Source: an uncultured Eubacteriales bacterium
GTDB taxonomy: Bacteria > Bacillota > Clostridia > Christensenellales > Aristaeellaceae
Assembly (NCBI GenBank): GCA_902781945.1
Contig: CACZLE010000003.1
Location: 39,637-103,636 of the forward strand
Reading direction: 5' to 3'
DNA: 64,000 nucleotides
Numbering within the stretch: the first letter of the stretch is position 1; every line of letters begins with the position of its first letter. The position numbers and the translations under genes are program-made. Below the pieces are notes generated by a model. That model was not told the DNA's origin, made no database searches, and was given only the letters and a program-made list of their open reading frames with translations. Of the stretch, positions 56,942 to 64,000 are shown one piece after another.

Positions 56942-58147
56942 TTATTGATCCAACAATTCCGTGATCATCTGGTCGGCCATGGAGAGGCACCGGGGGAGAT
57001 GGAAGGGGCCCTTGAAGGTGCTGCCCTTGGTGGAGGGCATGGTGGGCTTGCCGTCGCGGCGGAGATATCCGTACCATTCGCCGTTTTCGGGATCGGCAAA
57101 CACTTCTTTGCAATAATCCAGCGTTTTGCAGAACCATTCGTAGTATTTTTCATCTCCGGTATCCCGGTAAGCCATGAGAGAAGAGATCAGGATTTCATTG
57201 TGGGGCCACCACAGCTTCATATCATGCTCATAGGCTTCGGGGGGCAGGCCCTTGCAGTCGATAAAGTAGAGGAGGCCGCCGTATTCCTTGTCCCAGCCCG
57301 CATTGATGGCGTCGTTGAAGATGGCTTCCGCCTGCTTGTGAAGCTCTTTATCGCCTTTGTGATTGGCGTATTCCATCAGGAACCAGGTGCACTCGATATC
57401 GTGACCGGGGTTCACGATACGGCCCTCGGTCACGCTACCGCGAAATTCGCCGTTAGGGCCCACATTTTCCAGCGTGCAGTGCATATCGGGCTTGCGATGA
57501 TATTTGAAGATCTCTTCCACGCACTGCTGGGAGCGGGCGTCATATTCCTCTGCATGGGCGGGGTCCACCCGGCGCAGCACGGAGCAGATGTTCAGGTAGA
57601 TCATGGGATTTCCCAGAGCGCGGCCTGTGCGGGTTTCGGGGATGGTCCTGGGTCCCATGCCCACCGGGTCTTCCATCAGGCCCTGATATAGCTTCCAGTA
57701 CAGGTCGTATGCGAAGCGGGCGCGGTCCAGATACACTTGCTCGCCGGTCAGACCGTAATACTCCGCGTTGGCGATGGCATAGAAGCTCTCGGAGAAGAAG
57801 TAGCGGCGCTGGCGCAGGGGTTTGCCCTCGGCGGTGACGGTGAAATACATGCGGTTGCCCTTGTCCCGGTTGATGCAGTGAGCCTCCATGAAGTCCAGAC
57901 AGGACTTGGCAAACGCCATCCATTCTGTTTTCTTGCCGTAGAGATGGCACAGCCAGCTGTATGTCTAGGCGCATCTTCCCTGCATCCATACGCTCTTGTC
58001 GGTGGAATAAATGTTGCCCCAGCGGTCCAGACAGGTGTACACGCCGCCGTTTTCATGATCCCAGCCGTGGGTGAGCCAGAAATCCGCGCAGCGATTCAGT
58101 TCCTCCCGGATCCATTGCTGCTGGGATACGAGTAATTCCTTGTTCAT
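56942..58147 (-). pseudogene. N-acylglucosamine 2-epimerase (AGE family) interrupted by one in-frame TAG
   Basis: The two ORF-track pieces (57965..58225 and 56942..57919) are in the same frame. The N-terminal piece runs MNKELLVSQQQWIREELNRCADFWLTHGWDHENGGVY...WMQGRCA, then TAG (57965-57967), then TYSWLCHLYG... continues into the AGE core. GAGGAG lies upstream of the ATG at 58147. Confidence 0.8.
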
Positions 58148-58163
58148 GGATATCTTCCTCTCC

Positions 58164-59078
58164 TCAGCAGAATTGCCGAATGGCCTGGCGGATGTGCTTG
58201 GCCGCGATTTCCACTTTGCCCTCATCGCCGGGTTGCAGCCCGATCAAAGGCTTGCGGACGGAACCCAGGTCCAGCCCTTCGTTGATCTTCAGCACGCCCT
58301 TGATGACAGCATACATATTGCCTTTGCAGGCGCACAGCTCGGAAATGATGGCGTTGACCTCGTGCTGGATCGGCGCGGCTTCTTCGTATTTGCCCGCCCG
58401 CACCAGCGTGTCCATTTTGAGGAACAGCTCGGGCATAGCGCCATAGGTGCCGCCGATTCCGCCCGCCGCGCCGATTGCCCGGCCGGATACGAACTGCTCG
58501 TCGGGACCGTTGAAGACCACGCAGTTTTCGCCGCCGATGCGCACGAAGGTGTCAATGTCCTGGGTGGGCATAGAGGAGTTTTTCACGCCGATGACCCGGG
58601 GATTCTTCCGCATTTCGGTGAACAGGGAGGGCGTCAGCGCCACGCCTGCCAGCTGGGGAATATTGTAGATCACAAAATCCGTGTTGGGCGCGGCGGAGGA
58701 AATATCGTTCCAGTATTGGGCGATGGCGTACTCGGGCAGATGGAAGTAGATGGGCGGGATGGAAGCGATGGCGTCCACGCCCAGGCTTTCGGCATGGGCG
58801 GCCAGCTGCATGGATTCGTGGGTGTTGTTGCAGCCCACGTGGGCGATGACGGTGCATTCGCCCTTGATTTCCGCCATGACAGCTTCCAGGGTGGCCATGC
58901 GTTCTTCCTTTTCCAGGTAGATGCATTCGCCGGAGGAGCCGCCCACATAGAGGCCCTTGACACCCTTGTTCACCAGGTGACGGGCCAATTTCCGGGTGCG
59001 CTCGGCGCTCACGTTGCCCTGCTCGTCATAGCAGGCATAGAAGGCGGGGATAACGCCGCAGTATTTTTCCAAGCTCAT
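58164..59078 (-). CDS. nanA: N-acetylneuraminate lyase
   Basis: DHDPS/NAL fold with GLYVGGSSGE and Schiff-base lysine context VIGVKNS. Sits in a locus with an AGE epimerase and a sugar ABC importer. Confidence 0.85.
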   Translation of the reverse strand: MSLEKYCGVIPAFYACYDEQGNVSAERTRKLARHLVNKGVKGLYVGGSSGECIYLEKEERMATLEAVMAEIKGECTVIAHVGCNNTHESMQLAAHAESLGVDAIASIPPIYFHLPEYAIAQYWNDISSAAPNTDFVIYNIPQLAGVALTPSLFTEMRKNPRVIGVKNSSMPTQDIDTFVRIGGENCVVFNGPDEQFVSGRAIGAAGGIGGTYGAMPELFLKMDTLVRAGKYEEAAPIQHEVNAIISELCACKGNMYAVIKGVLKINEGLDLGSVRKPLIGLQPGDEGKVEIAAKHIRQAIRQFC

Positions 59079-59103
59079 GGTAGTTGTCTCTCCTTTTGCC
59101 TGC

Positions 59104-60003
59104 TTATCCCTTCACAGCGCCCATGGTAATGCCGCGGGTGAAGAATTTCTGGAACAGCAGGAAGATGATGATGATGGGGATGGAGCCCAGGGCCGCGCCG
59201 GCCATGATCAGGCCGTAATCGGTGGAGAGCTCGCTTTGCAGCTTGGCGATGCCCAGGGAGATGGTAAGCACCTTGGTATCGTTGAGCATGATCAATTGCA
59301 GGAAGTAATCGTTCCAGGCCGTGATGAAGGTAAAGATGGCCAGGGCGCCTATGCCGGGCTTGATCATGGGCAGGATGATATCTATGAAGGTACGCGCCTC
59401 ACCCGCGCCGTCGATGCGGGCAGCCTCCAGCATTTCATTGGGGATGCCTTCGGAAAACTGCTTCATCAGGAACACGCCAAAGGGCCAGCCCACGGTGGGC
59501 AGGATGACAGCCCACAGGGTGTTATGGAGCTTTAAGAAAGCCATTTCCTTGAGCAGCGGGATCAGGATGACCTGCTTGGGCAGGGCCATGGCGCACACGA
59601 ACAGCGAGAACAGGAAGGTGCGGCCCCGGAAGTTCTTTTTGGCCAGGGCGTAACCGCCCATGGCGGCCGAAACGCAGGTAAGGCCCATGGCGGCAGCGCA
59701 CAGCAGCACGGTATTGAACAGCCAGGTAAAGGCCGGCTTCTGGAACAGGCGCTCGTAATTGCCCACGGTGGGGTTGAGCGGGAACCAGACCGGCACCCGG
59801 GCGTTGATGACCTGCTGGGTCTTGAAGGAGCCGGTCACGATCCAGTACAGCGGGAAGATAAACAGAATGGTCAGGAAGATCAGGAAGGCGATGCTGAGCA
59901 CCCGATAGGGCGTCAGGGCATGAACGCTGTGATCCGTGGTATCCGTTTCGGGAGAGCGTTTCTTCATCCGGGAAGGCAGATCGGCTTTTTGAATGGCAGA
60001 CAT
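59104..60003 (-). CDS. CUT1 sugar ABC permease (MalG-like)
   Basis: 299 aa. EAA loop EAARIDGAGEARTFIDIILP. Confidence 0.9.
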   Translation of the reverse strand: MSAIQKADLPSRMKKRSPETDTTDHSVHALTPYRVLSIAFLIFLTILFIFPLYWIVTGSFKTQQVINARVPVWFPLNPTVGNYERLFQKPAFTWLFNTVLLCAAAMGLTCVSAAMGGYALAKKNFRGRTFLFSLFVCAMALPKQVILIPLLKEMAFLKLHNTLWAVILPTVGWPFGVFLMKQFSEGIPNEMLEAARIDGAGEARTFIDIILPMIKPGIGALAIFTFITAWNDYFLQLIMLNDTKVLTISLGIAKLQSELSTDYGLIMAGAALGSIPIIIIFLLFQKFFTRGITMGAVKG

Positions 60004-60021
60004 CAGTCGTTCCTCCCTTCC

Positions 60022-60939
60022 TTAGCCGTTATCGGTCTTGGCCAGTCTGAACTGAATGGCGCTGAATACGGCGATGATGATGGCCAGGATGATGCCCATG
60101 GCGCTGCCATAGCCGTAGCGGTTCAGCTTGAAGGCCTGATAGTAGATATAGTACATGATGGTCTGGGTGGAGTTGTTGGGTCCGCCCGAAGTCAGCAGCT
60201 GGATCAGGGCGAAGCACTGGAAGCTGTTGATGGTGGTGATGACCAGGATGTACAGCGTGGTGGGCATGATCTGCGGCCATTTGATGCGCCAGAACACCTG
60301 CATGTTGGTGGCGCCGTCCACCGAGGCGGCCTCGGTCAGCGAATGATCCACGTTGCTCAGCGCGCTGACGTACAGCACGATGGGCTGGCCCACCGAGGTG
60401 GTGAGCAGGATGGTGATGATGCACCACAGCGCCGTGGAGGGATCGCCCAGCCAGTTCATATTCTTGCTGATGATGCCCAGCGATTTGAACAGGTAATTGA
60501 GCACGCCCGTATAGTTGTTGAAGATCCACTTCCACACCACCGTGACGGCTACAGAGCCCGTGACCACGGGCAGGTAGAATACGCAGCGGAAGAAGGAGGT
60601 ATTCAACGGGCGCATTTTGAAGATAATGGAAGCCACCCACAGCGAGAACATGCAGGTGACGGGCACGCTGACCACCACGATGATGATGGTATTGACCAGC
60701 GCCTTGCTGAAGATGGGATCGCCGAACATCTCCTTATAGTTGTTCAGACCAACGAAGGAGAAATCGGTCATGGTATAGTTGAAGAAGCTGGTCACCAGAC
60801 ACATGCCCATGGGGAAAATGACGAAACCCAGGAAAAACAGCAGGCTGGGGGCCATGAAGATATAGCCCGCTATGTTTTCACGGCGCCGCGCTTCCTTCAT
60901 CCCGCGGGACAGGGTTGCTTGCGACATATGAAACACCAA
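60022..60939 (-). CDS. CUT1 sugar ABC permease (MalF-like)
   Basis: 305 aa. EAA loop EAASVDGATNMQVFWRIKWP. Confidence 0.9.
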   Translation of the reverse strand: MVFHMSQATLSRGMKEARRRENIAGYIFMAPSLLFFLGFVIFPMGMCLVTSFFNYTMTDFSFVGLNNYKEMFGDPIFSKALVNTIIIVVVSVPVTCMFSLWVASIIFKMRPLNTSFFRCVFYLPVVTGSVAVTVVWKWIFNNYTGVLNYLFKSLGIISKNMNWLGDPSTALWCIITILLTTSVGQPIVLYVSALSNVDHSLTEAASVDGATNMQVFWRIKWPQIMPTTLYILVITTINSFQCFALIQLLTSGGPNNSTQTIMYYIYYQAFKLNRYGYGSAMGIILAIIIAVFSAIQFRLAKTDNG

Positions 60940-61020
60940 CTTTCTGTGATAGAAAGGGCGCCCCCCGCCCGAACGGGGAAACGGGGGGCGCCGGGATTAT
61001 GCGTTTTTACAGGATGCGGA

Positions 61021-62280
61021 TCACTTGGCGTTGGCCTCGGTCATATACACAGCCACTTCATCGGCCACGTTGCCGGAGGCAAATACACGCTGCAGCAGGT
61101 TCCACCAGGCGGTGCGCTGGGCTGCCCAGTTGGGAGCGATCTGGTAGTAGCCGCCGAAGTAGGGAGAGAAGGCGTCGTAGGCGGCATTGGCTTCCTTTTC
61201 GGTGCCGGTGTAGATATCGCCGATGGCGCGGGTGGCGAAGTAGCCGGTGGCGTACACGCTCTTGGGCGCCTGGGTGGCGTCGTTGCACATGAACTTGATG
61301 AATTCCTTGGCAGCGTTGGCGCGGGCTTCATCGCCGTTGTCAAAGATGCCGAAGCCCCAGATGCCGCCGTCCAGCGTGGGCACGCCGTCATCGGAGGGGA
61401 AGGCCACGGCGTAGGGCTCCACGTTCTCAGCCAGGGTGTCCTTGTTGTTGGTTTCCAGGGCAGCGTTCCAGCAGAAGCACATGGAAGCCGTGCCGTTGCA
61501 GAACAGGCTGATGGCGTCGCCGGCCACGATGCCGGGGTCAACGGTCATGATGCCTTCCTGGACCATGTCGTACAGCTTCTGCAGGCCCTTGATGTTGGCC
61601 TCGCTGTCCATGGTATAGGTGGTGAAGGTTTCATCGGTGAAGGTGCCGCTGTACAGGTTGTACACCAGCGCGCGGGTGCCCTGGTCGCCGCCCTGGCCGC
61701 CGCAGTACACGATGCCGGTCACGGGGGTGAAGCCGGCCTCGGTCAGCGCGCGGCAGGCGTTCTCGAAGTCCTCGGTGGTCCAGGTGCGGGTCTCTTCGTT
61801 GATGTACTTCATGGCGTCCGCCGCCTCGAAGGCCTTCTTGTTGATGACCATGCAGTGGGTGGTCATGCACAGCGGATACTCATAGTACTTGCCGTCCGCG
61901 CCCTTGCAGGAGCCGGATACGGTTTCATAGATGGTCTTGCCCTCTTCGGTTTCAAACAGATCGGACAGGTCCAGCATCTTGCCAGCCGCGCCCCAGTTGG
62001 CAACCAGGCGCTCGGGGCCTTCGAAGATGACGTCGGGAGTGGTCTTGGCTTCGATGGCCGTGGTCACCTGATCATCGCCGGACTGATAATCCAGGAACTG
62101 CACGTTGACCTTGATATCAGGATAGGCGGCGTTGAAGTCAGCGATCAGGGAAGCGACGGTGGCATCGTCCGTCCAACTGCCGATGGGGTAGGTCCACAGG
62201 GTGATTTCCACGCCGTCAGCCAAAGCGAAGGCGGGAATCATCAGCATCAAGCACAGGAGCAGAGCGAGCAACTTCTTCAT
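61021..62280 (-). CDS. sugar (probably sialic acid) ABC substrate-binding protein, family 1
   Basis: Signal peptide MKKLLALLLCLMLMIPAFALA. 419 aa. First gene of the nan operon. A GC-rich terminator hairpin follows at about 60975-61010. Confidence 0.85.
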   Translation of the reverse strand: MKKLLALLLCLMLMIPAFALADGVEITLWTYPIGSWTDDATVASLIADFNAAYPDIKVNVQFLDYQSGDDQVTTAIEAKTTPDVIFEGPERLVANWGAAGKMLDLSDLFETEEGKTIYETVSGSCKGADGKYYEYPLCMTTHCMVINKKAFEAADAMKYINEETRTWTTEDFENACRALTEAGFTPVTGIVYCGGQGGDQGTRALVYNLYSGTFTDETFTTYTMDSEANIKGLQKLYDMVQEGIMTVDPGIVAGDAISLFCNGTASMCFCWNAALETNNKDTLAENVEPYAVAFPSDDGVPTLDGGIWGFGIFDNGDEARANAAKEFIKFMCNDATQAPKSVYATGYFATRAIGDIYTGTEKEANAAYDAFSPYFGGYYQIAPNWAAQRTAWWNLLQRVFASGNVADEVAVYMTEANAK

Positions 62281-62349
62281 GGATGGGTTCCTCCTTTAAT
62301 ATTGGTCGGTGTATTCTCTCCAAAGCGGGAGAAAACTTTGCTTGCTTAA

Positions 62350-62378
62350 AATGTACTACAAATAATATCTTCTGTCAA
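62350..62378 (-). promoter_or_regulatory. sigmaA-type promoter of the nan operon
   Basis: On the minus strand: TTGACA (62378-62373), 17-nt spacer, TACATT (62355-62350). Confidence 0.5.
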
Positions 62379-62437
62379 TAGCTTTTCAGAAAAATAATTT
62401 TTTTTTGACGATTATTTGACCAGATTATTCTTTTCTG

Positions 62438-62466
62438 TTGACAGAACAAGAAATGCAAATTATAAT
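62438..62466 (+). promoter_or_regulatory. consensus sigmaA promoter of the regulator gene
   Basis: TTGACA (62438-62443), 17-nt spacer, TATAAT (62461-62466). Confidence 0.65.
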
Positions 62467-62506
62467 TGGATATACGAAACATCCTACAAACTACACGAGG
62501 GGCGGG

Positions 62507-63208
62507 ATGCGAATGACAGAAGACGGCAAGAATGAAAAACTGTACATCCATGCGTTTCGGGAGATACGCAGCTATATTCTGGAGCACAGGCTCGGTCCCG
62601 GCGATCTGCTGCCCACCGAACAGCAGCTTTGTGCCCAATTGGGAGTGAGCCGCAACGTGCTGCGCGAGGCGATCAAGAGCATGGAGCTGATGGGCATGGT
62701 GAAGGCCTGCCCGGGACGGGGCACGGAGGTGCGGGAATTCAGCGTGGATTTCATTTTTCAGAATGTGCTGTTTTTCCACATGGATGGCCAGGAAAAGCAT
62801 GTGCGGGAAATGTTCTCCATCCGCAAGGCCCTGGAAATGAGCTTCATGCGTCAGGCCTTTGATTCCATCACCCCGGAGGACATCGCCGAAATGCGCGCCT
62901 GCGCCACGGAGATCCGCCGACGTTGGGAAAAGGGCGAAATGTTTGAGGAAGCGGACAGACGCTTTCATACCGCCCTGTTTCGGTCGCTCAACAACGCCGT
63001 GCTGAATTCGATGCTGGACGCCATCTGGGCGGTGGACAGCGGTTTTCAATTGGAGGCGAAAATGCCTCATCTGGCCAGCACCGTCACAAAGCATGAGCGC
63101 ATCGTGGACGCCCTGGAGCAATACGATTATCTTGCCTTTGCCCAGGCGATGCTGGCGCACTATTCATCAGGGAAATACACGCAAACAGATTCTTACGAAG
63201 AATACTGA
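62507..63208 (+). CDS. GntR-family transcriptional regulator, FadR/FCD subfamily
   Basis: wHTH region LPTEQQLCAQLGVSRNVLREAIKSMELMGMV, then a helical FCD domain. I used the ATG at 62507, downstream of the promoter; the ORF-track TTG start is the -35 box. Confidence 0.85.
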   Translation: MRMTEDGKNEKLYIHAFREIRSYILEHRLGPGDLLPTEQQLCAQLGVSRNVLREAIKSMELMGMVKACPGRGTEVREFSVDFIFQNVLFFHMDGQEKHVREMFSIRKALEMSFMRQAFDSITPEDIAEMRACATEIRRRWEKGEMFEEADRRFHTALFRSLNNAVLNSMLDAIWAVDSGFQLEAKMPHLASTVTKHERIVDALEQYDYLAFAQAMLAHYSSGKYTQTDSYEEY

Positions 63209-63238
63209 AAATATAAATAGAAGAGGAGTCATAACAAA

Positions 63239-63880
63239 ATGAAAAAGCATATCGTCTGCCTGGGCGATTCCAATACCCACGGCTACTGCGCCGATCCCAC
63301 CGACTGCGCGGACGGCGGCAACCGCTTTAACGAGGAAGAACGCTGGACGTGCCTGCTTCAAAAAGCGCTGGGGGAGGATTATCTGGTGCTGGAGGAGGGC
63401 CTGGGAGGCCGCACCTCGGTTTTTGCCGATCCGCTCCATGAGGGGATGGACGCGCTGAACGTGGCCTATCCGCTGCTGATGAGCCATGAGCCCGTGGATT
63501 TATTGATTATCATGCTGGGCACCAATGATACCAAGGAGCGATTTAGCGCCAACGCCGCCGCCATTGCCGCGGGCATGGAACGGCTGATCAAAAAATGCAA
63601 GGATACGGAGTGCTGGGGAGCGCATGAGCCCAACATCCTGGTGGTATGCCCGCCGCCCTTGGGAGACGGCTTCCATGACGAGGTGATGGGCAAAGGCTGC
63701 GTGGAAAAATCAAAGGCATTGCCGCCCTTTCTGAAAGCCGTGGCCGAGCGGAACGGCGTCCACTATCTGGATGCAAAAGACTGCGAATTCAATTCTGTGG
63801 ACTTTACCCATTTGACCCGAAAAGGGCATACGCAGTTAGCCCAGCTGCTTTCGGATGCGATACCCGGCTGGATAGCGTAA
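63239..63880 (+). CDS. SGNH/GDSL hydrolase (candidate sialate O-acetylesterase)
   Basis: Block I IVCLGDSNTHG, block II GLGGRT, block III GTND. Confidence 0.8.
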   Translation: MKKHIVCLGDSNTHGYCADPTDCADGGNRFNEEERWTCLLQKALGEDYLVLEEGLGGRTSVFADPLHEGMDALNVAYPLLMSHEPVDLLIIMLGTNDTKERFSANAAAIAAGMERLIKKCKDTECWGAHEPNILVVCPPPLGDGFHDEVMGKGCVEKSKALPPFLKAVAERNGVHYLDAKDCEFNSVDFTHLTRKGHTQLAQLLSDAIPGWIA

Positions 63881-63898
63881 TGCTGTTATGCTGTGCCT

Positions 63899-64000
63899 CT
63901 AATCCAAGAGTATGGTTATGGCATGGCCTGCGATGTAGAATGGAGCTATCTTCAGAGCATATAACTCCGTTACCATGAAGATTTCGATAATTGTGCCTTC
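63899..64000 (-). CDS. C-terminal end of an unidentified gene entering from the right window edge
   Basis: The frame is open from base 64000 to the TAG at 63901-63899 (...EGTIIEIFMVTELYALKIAPFYIAGHAITILLD). GC is lower than in the neighbours. No family recognised. Confidence 0.25.
   Translation of the reverse strand, partial: EGTIIEIFMVTELYALKIAPFYIAGHAITILLD

Noticed and set aside
57965-57967. The TAG in the AGE gene as a pyrrolysine or otherwise recoded codon.
   Set aside because: No pyl genes or PYLIS-like context are visible. Other genes in the window use TAG only as a terminator. A point mutation or sequencing error is more parsimonious. It is kept as a finding only as a lesion or read-through question.
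62438-62506. TTG at 62438 as the start of the GntR regulator.
   Set aside because: Those bases are the -35 hexamer of a consensus promoter (TTGACA-17-TATAAT), so the transcript would start downstream of it. The ATG at 62507 has a GAGGGG SD.

Overview
GC-rich chromosomal segment (about 60% GC by eye, not computed). Gene content, Shine-Dalgarno sequences, sigmaA-type promoters and an alpha/beta SASP gene point to a spore-forming gut Clostridia, probably Oscillospiraceae-like. I call about 70 genes.

Left to right:
- Housekeeping and unknown genes: SAM methyltransferase, SASP, YesL-like membrane protein, UPF0237/UPF0210 pair, aquaporin.
- A 499-bp non-coding element bounded by perfect 44-bp inverted repeats (4657-5155).
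- An amino-acid ABC importer with an M20 amidohydrolase.
- An FbpABC-type ABC importer.
- A small operon of an unknown protein plus a cytidine-deaminase-fold protein, then rpmB.
- Two glycosyltransferases with an oxidoreductase, and a GH127 hydrolase.
- A cobalamin riboswitch followed by about 16 kb of btuFCD and cbi/cob genes.
- Directly after that, an FMN riboswitch driving a Ugp-like (CUT1) ABC importer plus a TIM-barrel enzyme.
- A cell-envelope glycopolymer block: LCP, Wzz/BY-kinase/PHP phosphatase, rfbACBD.
- A three-domain nucleotidyltransferase-cytidylyltransferase-PEP mutase gene with a phosphonoacetaldehyde-reductase-like gene.
- GNAT, a long Ala-rich coiled-coil membrane protein and a MATE pump.
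- A scar of mobile DNA: HTH fragment, truncated transposase, Cna-B fragment.
- A sialic-acid (nan) locus whose epimerase carries an in-frame TAG.

Best candidates for something new:
1. The FMN-riboswitch-gated Ugp-type transporter plus TIM-barrel operon. It matches none of the flavin importer families I know.
2. The tri-domain PEP mutase cassette, which has no phosphonopyruvate decarboxylase nearby.
3. The inverted-repeat-bounded hairpin-rich element.
4. Two CobU paralogues with complementary motif loss.

No CRISPR array, rRNA or tRNA was seen. All family assignments come from motif recognition by eye, not from database searches.
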